From assembly GCA_031419275.1 (NCBI GenBank), contig JANOKJ010000185.1, positions 5,649 to 69,648 of the forward strand: a stretch of DNA of 64,000 nt, written 5' to 3'. Position numbers and translations under genes: made by a program. This DNA comes from Akkermansiaceae bacterium (GTDB lineage Bacteria > Verrucomicrobiota > Verrucomicrobiia > Verrucomicrobiales > Akkermansiaceae). Shown here piece after piece: positions 1-9,470 of the stretch; position 1 is the first letter of the stretch; each line of letters starts with the position of its first letter. The notes beneath the pieces are model-generated. The model was not told the DNA's origin and did not search any database. It worked only from the letters and a program-made list of their open reading frames with translations.

Positions 1-320
1 GGTTCCGAGAAAGCGGTGAATAGCGACAAGGTTGCAAGACCGGCGAGTGCGATCGATACATTTGAGATTTTTACCGCACCGAATAAGCACAACCAATGGA
101 CTCCCATAATGGCTCCAACGGCAAAGAGTTTGGCGAGCGCTTTTCTACCGATCCAAATGCTGCGTTTATGAACGATAGATACCCATAGAAGAGCGCCGAG
201 CGCAGCAAGCAAACAGCGCCAAGTCACCAGTATGGGAGCGCTGACGGTTGCGAGTCGACCCAGAACCGTCGTTGCAGCAAAGATAACGACGAGCAGGTGA
301 AGTTGTAGTGTGGTATTGAT
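1..320 (-). CDS. DMT/EamA family transporter, N-terminal part (runs off window start; start codon uncertain)
   Basis: Not in the ORF track. Manual translation INTTLQLHLLVVIFAATTVLGRL...LVTWRCLLAA...GVHWLCLFGAVKISNVSIA... matches an EamA N-terminal pattern. In-frame TAA at 330-332 upstream. Confidence 0.75.
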   Translation of the reverse strand, partial: MNTTLQLHLLVVIFAATTVLGRLATVSAPILVTWRCLLAALGALLWVSIVHKRSIWIGRKALAKLFAVGAIMGVHWLCLFGAVKISNVSIALAGLATLSLFTAFSE

Positions 321-454
321 GGGGAATGCTTAGTTGCGTGATCAGATGAGGGAAGTGAAAAGATGGTTTTTTAGGCTTTGATTCGGTTATGGAGATGCGC
401 TTAGTCTTTGCACGTTCTTGATGGTTTCTCCCTCCACGCAAATTTCCCTGATTC

Positions 455-1489
455 ATGAAAGCGCTCGTTAAATTAAAATCCGAAGTCGGTCTGTGGTTAG
501 AAGATGTCCCAGAACCCGAGGTTGGCAACAATGATGTGCTGGTCAAAGTCCACAAAACTGGAATTTGCGGCACGGATTTACACATTTATCTTTGGGATGC
601 TTGGGCGAGCAAAACCATTCCTGTGCCCATGGTCGTGGGACACGAATTCGTCGGTGAAATCGTCAGTACGGGCAGCAATGTCAGCGGATTTAAAATAGGC
701 GATATCGTCAGCGCCGAAGGTCATGTGGTCTGCGGAGTCTGCCGTAACTGCCTCGCGGGTAGAAGACACCTTTGTAAGGATACGAGTGGGATTGGAGTGA
801 ACCGTCCCGGTGCTTTCGCAGAATACATCAGCGTTCCAATGACCAACGTTTGGCTGCATGCCCCAGATGTGGATCAGGATATCGCTTCGATCTACGATCC
901 TTTTGGAAACGCCGTTCATACCGCGCTTTCGTTTGATCTGTTAGGAGAGGATGTATTGATCACAGGTGCGGGTCCTATCGGTATTATGGCTGTAGCCATT
1001 GCGAAGTATGCAGGCGCTCGCCATGTGGTGATCACCGATGTGAACGAATACCGTCTCGATCTCGCTAGAAGCATGGGCGCGGACGTTGCCTTGAATGTAT
1101 CGAAAGATCAGCTCAGCTCAGTGACCAAAAAGCTCGGGCTTAAAGAGGGATTTGATGTGGGTCTTGAAATGAGCGGCAATCCATCCGCTTTCCACTCCAT
1201 GATCGATGCGATGTGTCACGGTGGAAAGATCGCGATGCTGGGAATTCCGGGACAGCCAATGGCGATCGATTGGAATAAAGTGATTTTCAGTATGTTGACG
1301 ATCAAAGGCATCTACGGCCGCGAGATGTATGAGACCTGGTATAAAATGAAGGTCTTGCTCGAAGGTGGGTTGAATATCGCACCGGTCATCACGCATCGTT
1401 ATGGAGCGGATGAATTCGAAAAAGGATTTGAAGTGATGAAATCAGGGATGAGTGGAAAAGTCGTGCTCGATTGGTCGGTTTTTCATTAA
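455..1489 (+). CDS. tdh: L-threonine 3-dehydrogenase
   Basis: [15 protein letters not shown], Zn cluster CGVCRNC...[18 protein letters not shown]; adjacent to kbl. Confidence 0.97.
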   Translation: MKALVKLKSEVGLWLEDVPEPEVGNNDVLVKVHKTGICGTDLHIYLWDAWASKTIPVPMVVGHEFVGEIVSTGSNVSGFKIGDIVSAEGHVVCGVCRNCLAGRRHLCKDTSGIGVNRPGAFAEYISVPMTNVWLHAPDVDQDIASIYDPFGNAVHTALSFDLLGEDVLITGAGPIGIMAVAIAKYAGARHVVITDVNEYRLDLARSMGADVALNVSKDQLSSVTKKLGLKEGFDVGLEMSGNPSAFHSMIDAMCHGGKIAMLGIPGQPMAIDWNKVIFSMLTIKGIYGREMYETWYKMKVLLEGGLNIAPVITHRYGADEFEKGFEVMKSGMSGKVVLDWSVFH

Positions 1490-1501
1490 TAGAACACAAA
1501 G

Positions 1502-2692
1502 ATGAATCAGGATTTTAAAAAACACATCGAGTCTGAGCTCGCAAACATCCAAGCTGCAGGCACTTTCAAAAAAGAGCGCACGATCACAACTCCTCAGGGA
1601 AAAAGTATATCCGCAGATGATGGCAAAGTGGTCATCAATATGTGCGCGAATAATTATCTCGGTCTCGCGCAACATCCAAGGATCAAACAAGCCGCACATC
1701 AAGCACTCGATGATTGGGGTTTCGGACTGGCGAGTGTGCGTTTTATTTGCGGCACCCAAACCTTGCACAAAGATCTCGAACACGCTTTGAGCGATTTCCT
1801 CGGAACGGAAGATACTATTCTGTATGGATCATGTTTCGATGCCAACGGCGGCTTGTTTGAAACCTTGCTTGGTCCTGAAGACGCGATCATCAGTGATGAG
1901 CTCAACCACGCATCCATCATCGATGGCGTGCGTCTCTGCAAAGCCAAACGCTTCCGCTACAAAAACTGCGACATGGCGGATCTTGAAGCGCAGCTCATCG
2001 CTGCCGATGCTGCTGGATGCCGATTCAAACTCATCGCTACCGACGGAGTGTTTTCCATGGATGGCTTCATCGCTCCGTTGGAGAAAATTTGTGATCTCGC
2101 GGATCGCTACAACGCCATCGTGATGGTCGATGATTCGCATGCGGTAGGTTTCATGGGCGCACACGGACGCGGCACACATGAACATTGTGGAGTGATGGGC
2201 CGTGTTGACATCATCACCGGCACACTCGGCAAAGCACTCGGCGGAGCAAGTGGTGGCTATACCAGCGGCAGAAAGGAAATCATCGATCTGCTTCGTCAGC
2301 GTTCACGCCCTTATCTTTTCAGTAACACCCTCGCGCCGATGATTGCCGGCGCGACTCTTGAGGCGCTTCGCTTGCTAAAAGAATCCACCACCTTACGTGA
2401 CACGCTTGAGGAAAACACCCGTTTCTTCCGCAGTGAAATGACGCGTGCTGGTTTCAATATTGTCCCTGGCACGCATCCTATTGTACCAGTGATGCTAGGT
2501 GATGCTGCATTGGCTGCAAAATTTGCAAATGCGATGCTTGGTCATGGTATTTATGTGATCGGATTCAGCTATCCGGTAGTTCCGCAAGGTAAGGCAAGGA
2601 TACGCACGCAGATCAGCGCCGCTCATACAAGAGAGGATCTGGAGATTGCGGTCCGCGCATTTAAGGCGGTGAAAGAAGAGTTGGGGCTCTGA
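1502..2692 (+). CDS. kbl: Glycine C-acetyltransferase (2-amino-3-ketobutyrate CoA ligase)
   Basis: [35 protein letters not shown] (PLP Lys), [11 protein letters not shown]. Confidence 0.97.
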   Translation: MNQDFKKHIESELANIQAAGTFKKERTITTPQGKSISADDGKVVINMCANNYLGLAQHPRIKQAAHQALDDWGFGLASVRFICGTQTLHKDLEHALSDFLGTEDTILYGSCFDANGGLFETLLGPEDAIISDELNHASIIDGVRLCKAKRFRYKNCDMADLEAQLIAADAAGCRFKLIATDGVFSMDGFIAPLEKICDLADRYNAIVMVDDSHAVGFMGAHGRGTHEHCGVMGRVDIITGTLGKALGGASGGYTSGRKEIIDLLRQRSRPYLFSNTLAPMIAGATLEALRLLKESTTLRDTLEENTRFFRSEMTRAGFNIVPGTHPIVPVMLGDAALAAKFANAMLGHGIYVIGFSYPVVPQGKARIRTQISAAHTREDLEIAVRAFKAVKEELGL

Positions 2693-2693
2693 A

Positions 2694-2820
2694 TCAGTTC
2701 TTAGTTCGTGGTTCCTAGTTCTTAGTTGAGCTTCGCGCTTTCGCATATTCGAACCAGGAACCAGGAACCAGGAACCAGGAACCAGGAACTAAGAACTAAG
2801 AACTAAGAACTAAGAACTTA
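2694..2820. repeat. Inverted pair of heptamer tandem arrays (STRR-like)
   Basis: (GAACCAG)5(GAACTAA)4 GAACTTA at 2751-2820; five complementary nnRGTTC-type units at 2694-2728. Confidence 0.9.
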
Positions 2821-2832
2821 TTTATTTCAAAC

Positions 2833-3222
2833 ATGTCAGATTCAGTGCGAGCCGACAAATGGTTGTGGGCGGTTAGATTTTACAAAACTCGGGCGTTGGC
2901 GGGAGAGGTTCTCGGTAACGGGAAAGTGAAGCGCAATGGCCATGTGATGAAGAGATCCTCTTCCATTCATATCAACGATGTGTTGGAAATTTCCTTCGCT
3001 GAAGGACCGGGAGTGCGGGATATTTTAGTGAATGGAGTCATTGATAAAAGGGTTGGCGCGCCCGAAGCGCAGGCGTGTTACACAGATCGAACGAAGCCAG
3101 AAGTCTACGAGAAACTGCGTGCTTGGCAGATCGCCAAATTAGAAGCCGCAAAAGGCAGGCCGACCAAGAAAGACCGCCGCGCGATTGATCAGATCAAGGC
3201 GGCTTGGGAATGGGATGCTTGA
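2833..3222 (+). CDS. hslR: S4-domain ribosome-associated heat shock protein Hsp15
   Basis: VRADKWLWAVRFYKTRALA ... GRPTKKDRR. Confidence 0.9.
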   Translation: MSDSVRADKWLWAVRFYKTRALAGEVLGNGKVKRNGHVMKRSSSIHINDVLEISFAEGPGVRDILVNGVIDKRVGAPEAQACYTDRTKPEVYEKLRAWQIAKLEAAKGRPTKKDRRAIDQIKAAWEWDA

Positions 3223-3264
3223 AAGTATTCCTTGCGTATGAGTAAAGCTGCGCTTTTTTGCTTC

Positions 3265-3846
3265 ATGAAATTCCCTTTGAAGTTGGTTATTTTTTTGTGC
3301 GCACTCGGATTATGTTCAAGTGTGTGGGCTGAGGAGGAGGTTAAGAATCTTGTGAAGAAGTTGATTGGCTTTGAAGATCAAGCTACCGAGCCAAAATGGA
3401 TCGCCGTTAACGACGGTGTGATGGGCGGTCTTTCGAAAGGTGGTCCAGAGATAAAGAATGGCTCACTGCATTTTTCCGGGAATTTATCTTTGGAAAATAA
3501 CGGAGGCTTTTCTTCGATACGCACGCTTGAGCAGAAATATGATTTTAGCGGTAAGACCGCCGTCGTTATTCGGCTCAAAGGAGATGGTAGAAAGTATCAG
3601 CTACGTCTTGCGACCGATGCTCGATACAGAGGATCAGCTATTTCCTATGGAGCTGAGTTCACTACAGAAAAAGGAAAGTGGATTGAGGTCAAAGTGCCTC
3701 TCAACTCGCTCTCACCTAGTTGGCGCGGAATGAATCTCAAAGAACCGGACTTTGACTCTTCAAAAGTAGAAGAGTTAGGTATTTTAATTGCTGATAAAAA
3801 TGCAGGAGCGTTTGAGATTGAGGTGGACTGGATAGCAGTGGAGTGA
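3265..3846 (+). CDS. CIA30 family protein with signal peptide
   Basis: WIAVNDGVMGGLS, SLENNGGFSSIR, KGDGRKYQ; start moved to ATG 3265, ahead of a hydrophobic signal. Confidence 0.9.
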   Translation: MKFPLKLVIFLCALGLCSSVWAEEEVKNLVKKLIGFEDQATEPKWIAVNDGVMGGLSKGGPEIKNGSLHFSGNLSLENNGGFSSIRTLEQKYDFSGKTAVVIRLKGDGRKYQLRLATDARYRGSAISYGAEFTTEKGKWIEVKVPLNSLSPSWRGMNLKEPDFDSSKVEELGILIADKNAGAFEIEVDWIAVE

Positions 3847-3931
3847 GATGTCACTTGCGGCACGGATCGCTCATTTTCTCAAAATGTAACAAGATCTGTA
3901 TCATTTGCCGTTTTATCTCGTATAACTTCGC

Positions 3932-4771
3932 ATGAATCTCCCCGAATCAGTTCATCTCTCAGGATCCGATCCTTCGTATCCTATTTTTGAAATTAATCAT
4001 CCAACGTGTGTAGCTCGCGTTGCCATGCATGGCGCACAGGTCATGTCCTGGCGGCCGGCTTATGAGGATGAGGTATTGTATTTGAGTCCGGAGGCAGTTT
4101 TCAGAGAAGGGAAAGCCATCCGTGGTGGACTGCCAATTTGTTGGCCGTGGTTCAATGCACATCCGACTAATACAGAGATGCCCTCACATGGAATCGCCAG
4201 AACACGGTTTTGGAATTTCATATCTGCAAGCGAGAGCAACGAAGGCGTGGTTCTCAATTTTGATATGGTAGATGGGATTTGGAGCGCCGCTATGACTCTT
4301 AAACTCAGCGAAGCTCTGGAAGTGATTCTTGAAACACGTAATCCAAATGAAATCCCCATCGTCATTTCCGGAGCGCTGCATCCGTATTTCGCCGTATCCG
4401 ATATTGAGCATGTGAGGATCGTGAATCTGGATGGTGCAGATTACCTAGATACAGTCGGCGAACCGACACATCGCATTCAAAAAGGCCCGCTGACTTTCAA
4501 AGGTGAGGTAGATTCAATTTACGATAGTTCTAGCAGCGTGCTTTTAGTTGATGATCTATCAGGTCGAACTCTGCTCATCGAAAAATGTGGAAGCCCATCG
4601 ACCGTGGTTTGGAATCCATGGGTGGAAAAATCTGCGGCGCTAAAAGATTTACCGGATGATGGTTATTTGAAGTTTTGCTGCATTGAAGCGGCGATTGCGA
4701 ATGACAAAGCAGTGATCGTGATGCCGGGCACGAGTTCGATTCTTAGTATGAGGATCAGTGTGGAAGAATGA
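3932..4771 (+). CDS. D-hexose-6-phosphate mutarotase (YeaD-like)
   Basis: GAQVMSW, AIRGGLPICWPWF, HGIAR, ALHPYF, VVWNPW. Confidence 0.92.
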   Translation: MNLPESVHLSGSDPSYPIFEINHPTCVARVAMHGAQVMSWRPAYEDEVLYLSPEAVFREGKAIRGGLPICWPWFNAHPTNTEMPSHGIARTRFWNFISASESNEGVVLNFDMVDGIWSAAMTLKLSEALEVILETRNPNEIPIVISGALHPYFAVSDIEHVRIVNLDGADYLDTVGEPTHRIQKGPLTFKGEVDSIYDSSSSVLLVDDLSGRTLLIEKCGSPSTVVWNPWVEKSAALKDLPDDGYLKFCCIEAAIANDKAVIVMPGTSSILSMRISVEE

Positions 4772-4775
4772 TAAT

Positions 4776-4867
4776 GGTAGGGTCGTTTTGATAAAACGAC
4801 CGAAAGTGAGTAATATGTCTATTAGATCCAGCTTCTGATTCGGTCATTTCATCGAAATGACCCTACC
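4776..4867. repeat. REPIN-like doublet, GTAG REP family A
   Basis: GGTAGGGTCGTTTTGATAAAACGACCG ... CGGTCATTTCATCGAAATGACCCTACC; inverted arms, each a hairpin; second copy at 21434. Confidence 0.85.
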
Positions 4868-4869
4868 TT

Positions 4870-6156
4870 TCAAATCCCCGCCAGCGCTTCTTCAAAGACC
4901 GTTAGCGTATCGTCAATATCCGCTTCGGTATGCGCTAATGATAAGAATCCGGTCTCGTAAGGCGAAGGTGCGATGTAGACGCCTCTTTCCAAGCAGCCCC
5001 AGAAAAACTTTTTGAACAGCTGCATATCTTGTTTCATCACGTCGTCGACATTTACGATTTCGCGATCGGTGAAGTAGAGGCAGAACATGGAACCCACGCG
5101 GTTGATGCTATGTGGAATGCCTTTTTTATTCATCAAGGTGCGCAGTCCGGTTTCGAAATGAAGACCGAGTTGGTCGAGGCGAGCGAAGCCATCAGGTTTT
5201 CCGGAGGAAAGTTCGCGCAACTGCGCCAGTCCGGCAGCCATGGCGAGCGGGTTTCCGGAAAGAGTTCCTGCCTGATAGACGGGACCGATGGGTGCTACCA
5301 TGTCCATCACATCCGCACGACCGCCGAAAGCGCCAACGGGAAGTCCGCCACCAATGACTTTTCCAAAGCACGATAGATCCGGGGTGATGTTTTCGATTCC
5401 TTGAACGCCTGCTTTACCAAGACGGAAGCCCGTCATGACTTCGTCGAAAATAAGTAGCGCTCCGTATTTTTTGGTGATCGATGAAAGCAGAGCAAGGTAA
5501 CCAGGTTTCGGAAAAACGAGGCCGGCGTTGGCTGGATAGGACTCGACGATGATCGCGGCGATCTGATCGCCTTTTTCCAGAAAGTGTTTTTCTAACGATT
5601 CAGGGTCGTTGTAAGAAAGCACGATGGTTTTTTCTGCAAATGCACGTGGCACGCCTGCTGAATCCGGTTCGCCATGAGTGAGTGCTCCGGAACCAGCCGC
5701 AACCAACAGCGAATCCGAATGGCCATGATAACAACCATCGAATTTCACGATGTAATCACGTTTGGTGAAACCACGCGCGAGGCGGATCGCCGACATCGTG
5801 GCCTCGGTGCCGGATGAGGTCATGCGGACTTTTTCAACCGATGGCACCCATTCACAAATTGTGCGTGCCATATCGACCTCATACGGATTCGGGATGCCGA
5901 AGGAAATCCCGTCTTTCGCGACCTGATGGATCGTGTTGGTGATCTCGACTGGAGCGTGCCCGAGAATGTTCGGCCCCCATGAACCGATGTAGTCGATATA
6001 GGTTTTGCCATCGATATCAGTGATGCGGCAACCTTTAGCGCGACGGACGAAAAACGGCTCGCCATCGACGTTTTTAAAAGCCCGAACCGGGGAGTTCACA
6101 CCACCCGGGATGTATTGCTTGGCGACGGCGAAGAGTTTGCTGGAGAGATTGGACAC
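4870..6156 (-). CDS. hemL: Glutamate-1-semialdehyde 2,1-aminomutase
   Basis: PGGVNSPVRAF, SGTEATMSAIRLAR, FDEVMTGFR, GKVIGGGLP, YQAGTLSGNP. Confidence 0.97.
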   Translation of the reverse strand: MSNLSSKLFAVAKQYIPGGVNSPVRAFKNVDGEPFFVRRAKGCRITDIDGKTYIDYIGSWGPNILGHAPVEITNTIHQVAKDGISFGIPNPYEVDMARTICEWVPSVEKVRMTSSGTEATMSAIRLARGFTKRDYIVKFDGCYHGHSDSLLVAAGSGALTHGEPDSAGVPRAFAEKTIVLSYNDPESLEKHFLEKGDQIAAIIVESYPANAGLVFPKPGYLALLSSITKKYGALLIFDEVMTGFRLGKAGVQGIENITPDLSCFGKVIGGGLPVGAFGGRADVMDMVAPIGPVYQAGTLSGNPLAMAAGLAQLRELSSGKPDGFARLDQLGLHFETGLRTLMNKKGIPHSINRVGSMFCLYFTDREIVNVDDVMKQDMQLFKKFFWGCLERGVYIAPSPYETGFLSLAHTEADIDDTLTVFEEALAGI

Positions 6157-6271
6157 GGGGTGAAGTTAAGTTTCAAAATTCAAAATTCAAATCTCAAAGG
6201 TGGATGAATAAGGTCATTTTGACAAAAAGACTGAGGATGGAATTTTTTCGCGAAAAATGGCGGTCGTTTTA

Positions 6272-7126
6272 TCAGGCTAACTTACAAGCCAATCGAATTG
6301 CGGCGATCATGGAGGCGGGATTGGCGATGCCTTGGCCGGCGATGGCGAAAGCGGTTCCATGATCCGGGCTGGTGCGGGGTTTCGGGAGACCGAGGGTGAC
6401 GTTGACGGCTTCGTCGAAGTCTAACAATTTTAGGGGGATCAATCCCTGATCGTGATACATGGCTAGCACGGCGTGGTATTTGCCTTGGGTAGCATCGCGG
6501 AAAATGGCGTCGGGCACGTGGGGACCGGAGAAGGTGGCGATTCCGAGTGAGTTGAGCGCAGCGATAGCGGGTGCGATGATGGATTTTTCCTCGTTGCCAA
6601 ATGCACCGTTTTCACCGGCATGGGGATTGAGACCGCAAACGGCGATGAGAGGAGAATCGATTCCTCTTTTTGTTAGGAATTCCGCGGTGAGCTTTCCGAT
6701 GGTTATGATGCTTTCGGTGGTGAGGAGTTTCGTGACATCGGCGAGGGGGATGTGGATGGTGGCGAGGCCAACGGTTAAGGTTGGGCCAGTAAGGAGCATT
6801 CCGGATTCTGTTAGGCCGAAGGCGTGGGTGAAAAATTCGGTTTGGCCAGGAAAGGGGAAGCCGACCGATTGCAGGCCTTCTTTGGAAACGGGGCCGGTGA
6901 CGACGGCAGCGGCGTCGGTTTCGCGGAGCAGGCGTGCGGATTCTTCAAGTGCGTCGAGTGCGGCTTGAGCGGACTCACGGGTGGGTTTCCCAAGAATCCC
7001 GGCTGAGCGATCCCCGATGACGCGGAAATTGAAGCCAGCAGGGAGTTTTCCCGAAGCTAGGGCAGCATCGATCACTTCTGGACCGATTCCAGCGGGGTCG
7101 CCAAGGGTGATAAGAATTTCGTGCAC
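6272..7126 (-). CDS. pdxA: 4-hydroxythreonine-4-phosphate dehydrogenase
   Basis: GDPAGIGPE, GLNPHAGE, MYHDQGLIPLK, RTSPDHGTAF. Confidence 0.93.
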   Translation of the reverse strand: MHEILITLGDPAGIGPEVIDAALASGKLPAGFNFRVIGDRSAGILGKPTRESAQAALDALEESARLLRETDAAAVVTGPVSKEGLQSVGFPFPGQTEFFTHAFGLTESGMLLTGPTLTVGLATIHIPLADVTKLLTTESIITIGKLTAEFLTKRGIDSPLIAVCGLNPHAGENGAFGNEEKSIIAPAIAALNSLGIATFSGPHVPDAIFRDATQGKYHAVLAMYHDQGLIPLKLLDFDEAVNVTLGLPKPRTSPDHGTAFAIAGQGIANPASMIAAIRLACKLA

Positions 7127-7180
7127 GGAATAGAGATGGACGTTGAAACGCGCGGCTGCAAGTTGGAAGCTTCGGGCAGG

Positions 7181-7969
7181 ATGTTAAGTGAGGAAACTAA
7201 AAATCGTTTCGGAGGAATTGCACGCCTTTACGGAGAGCGGGCCTTGGAGAGGTTTTCGCAGGCGCGTGTTGTAGTGGTTGGGATAGGAGGTGTGGGCTCA
7301 TGGACGGTCGAGGCCTTGGCACGGTCGGGCATAGGAAAAATCCGCATGGTGGATCTCGATGAAATTTGCATCACCAATGTGAATCGCCAGCTGCACGCGA
7401 TGGACGGTCAGATCGGCCGACAGAAAACTGCTGCGATGGCGGAGCGGGTGCGAGCGATCCATCCCGAGTGTGAAATCGAAGTCATCGAAGGGTTTTTCAC
7501 CGAACGCTCTGTTGAGGAAGTATTAGGCGGCGAGGTGGCTGGAGTGATTGATGCGATTGATTCGATGCAGCACAAAGCCTTGCTTATCGCGGAGTGCAGG
7601 AAGCGCGGGTTGCCGGTGGTGACTTGCGGTGGTGCTGGGGGTCGACGCGATGCGACCCGGATCAGCGTGCGGGATCTGGCATTTTCCGGAAAAGACGCTC
7701 TGCTGCATCAGTTGCGGAAACGTCTGCGCAAAGATCATGGGTTCGATGCGGTGCCGATGGGATCGAAGCCCGAGGAGATGGGTATCCGCGCGGTGTTTTC
7801 TGACGAGCAACCCATTTACCCGAGCGGCAATGGTGAAGTTTCATGCGAGAAACCTGAGATCGCGGACATGCGTTTGAATTGTGCAACCGGTTATGGCACT
7901 GCTACCCACGTCACTGCCACTTTTGGGGTCGTCGCTGCTGGGGCGATGCTGGATATTTTGGCTGAATGA
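7181..7969 (+). CDS. tcdA: tRNA threonylcarbamoyladenosine dehydratase (ThiF family)
   Basis: RFGGIARLYG, GIGGVGSWTVEALARSG, TNVNRQLHA, C-terminal VTATFG; start moved to ATG 7181. Confidence 0.92.
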   Translation: MLSEETKNRFGGIARLYGERALERFSQARVVVVGIGGVGSWTVEALARSGIGKIRMVDLDEICITNVNRQLHAMDGQIGRQKTAAMAERVRAIHPECEIEVIEGFFTERSVEEVLGGEVAGVIDAIDSMQHKALLIAECRKRGLPVVTCGGAGGRRDATRISVRDLAFSGKDALLHQLRKRLRKDHGFDAVPMGSKPEEMGIRAVFSDEQPIYPSGNGEVSCEKPEIADMRLNCATGYGTATHVTATFGVVAAGAMLDILAE

Positions 7970-8027
7970 GGCGAAAAGTTTTTGATTCCGTGCTTGGATT
8001 TTGGACTTGGTATTGTGGAGTAAATGC

Positions 8028-8714
8028 ATGTCAGAAAATCCCTACACGGTTCCCATGGTCCAACCTCCGATCATTCCGTCAACGTTACCGGTCACCGATG
8101 ATATTTCGAGACACATGCAGGGCGTGGTTTATCCGCTGCAACTCAGTTTCAAGCTGATTGCCCTGACTACACAAGTTACGGTGACGGATGCCGCAGGGCG
8201 TGTTGTGGTGCATACCAATCAGAAGTTTTTCAAATTCAAGGAACATGTCGATGTGTTTGGCGATCGCACCAGAGCGGTGAAGCTGGCTGAAATCAAAGCA
8301 AACAAAGTGATTGATTGGTCAGCTAGATACAACTCGACCGATGCGTCAGGTCAGGCGATTGGATCAGTGGGGAGAAAAGGCTGGAGATCGATTTGGAAGG
8401 CTCATTACGAGGTTTTCAATCCAGAAGACAACAATCCAGACTTTGTGATCAGTGAAGAAAATCCTTGGGCGAAGTTCATGGATGGTTTGTTGGGTGGAGT
8501 GCCGATTTTGGGAATGTTTTCCGGGTATTTTTTCCATCCAAAGTATTTGGCGGTGAGCACTGACGGAAGACCTGTGATGAGTCTGACTAAACAAGCCGCG
8601 TTTTTCGAAGGGAAATTTCTCATCGAAAAATTAGACAACATGAGCCCTCGTGAAGAACTGAACCTTATTCTCTCGTTGTTCATGCTGGTGATGCTTGAAA
8701 GACAGAGAGGATAG
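8028..8714 (+). CDS. Conserved hypothetical protein, LURP-one/scramblase-like
   Basis: YPLQLSFK...QKFFKFKE...KANKVIDWSARY...RKGWRSIWKAHY...EENPW; family recalled, not searched. Confidence 0.6.
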   Translation: MSENPYTVPMVQPPIIPSTLPVTDDISRHMQGVVYPLQLSFKLIALTTQVTVTDAAGRVVVHTNQKFFKFKEHVDVFGDRTRAVKLAEIKANKVIDWSARYNSTDASGQAIGSVGRKGWRSIWKAHYEVFNPEDNNPDFVISEENPWAKFMDGLLGGVPILGMFSGYFFHPKYLAVSTDGRPVMSLTKQAAFFEGKFLIEKLDNMSPREELNLILSLFMLVMLERQRG

Positions 8715-8716
8715 AT

Positions 8717-9094
8717 TTAAATCTCTAACAATCCGATCTGATAGCTTGCGGCAATTGAGTCGCGGGTTGCGAATGTTAGAGACTCAATCTGGCATTGAGC
8801 GATCAGCGCGCGATCGAATGGATCTCCGTGATGGGGTGGAAGTTTGATCGATGCCTGCGCGTGGGCGCCGGTGAATGGCAATATTTGAATGCCGTTTTCT
8901 GGTAGGAATTCGGCGAAATTTTCCGGAATATGGAGTTTACCTTTAGATGATTTCAGACCGATTTCCCAGATGGAGACCGCACTGGCGAATACCTCATTAC
9001 GAGGATGTGAAATTTCCGCGCGTGCGGTTGGGCTGATGCGATTAGGATCGTCCATCCACCAGAGTAAGGTGTGGCTATCGAGGAGGATTCTCAT
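8717..9094 (-). CDS. vapC: Type II TA toxin, VapC/PIN family
   Basis: LLDSHTLLWW, SAVSIWEI, HGDPFDRALIAQ; 4-nt overlap with the antitoxin. Confidence 0.92.
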   Translation of the reverse strand: MRILLDSHTLLWWMDDPNRISPTARAEISHPRNEVFASAVSIWEIGLKSSKGKLHIPENFAEFLPENGIQILPFTGAHAQASIKLPPHHGDPFDRALIAQCQIESLTFATRDSIAASYQIGLLEI

Positions 9095-9384
9095 GATTTT
9101 ACTCGGTAAGTTGTGCTGGGTTCCGCGACTTTGGACTGAGATGGAGAAGGCTCGATGGATGCGCCAGTCATAGCCTCGATGAGTTCGGGATCAGTTTCCC
9201 AGCAATCGGTGCTTTCCCATATTTTTCCAGCAAGGAAACCGCCTTTGCGGGCGGGTTGAGGCGGGATGTAGGGAACGAGCTTGGCCATCGGTTTGCCGGC
9301 TTTCGCGATGATGATTTCCTCGCCAGCCGCCGCTTGCTCAACCAAACGGGAGAGATGGGTTTTGGCTTCTTGAATGTTTTTCAT
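9091..9384 (-). CDS. Type II TA antitoxin, Phd/YefM family
   Basis: NIQEAKTHLSRLVEQAAAGEEIIIAKAGKPMAKLVP. Confidence 0.92.
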   Translation of the reverse strand: MKNIQEAKTHLSRLVEQAAAGEEIIIAKAGKPMAKLVPYIPPQPARKGGFLAGKIWESTDCWETDPELIEAMTGASIEPSPSQSKVAEPSTTYRVKS

Positions 9385-9418
9385 GAATAAGTCTGGTCTG
9401 GTCTGGTCTGATTGTCAA
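9385..9418 (-). promoter_or_regulatory. Putative TA promoter/operator containing (CAGAC)4
   Basis: Minus strand TTGACA-17 nt-CAGACT-5 nt-ATG; GTCTG x4 at 9391-9410. Confidence 0.65.
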
Positions 9419-9470
9419 ATTAGATTTTGAAAACAAGATGGACGGTCGGATTGCTGGAAAATAGGTTTCT

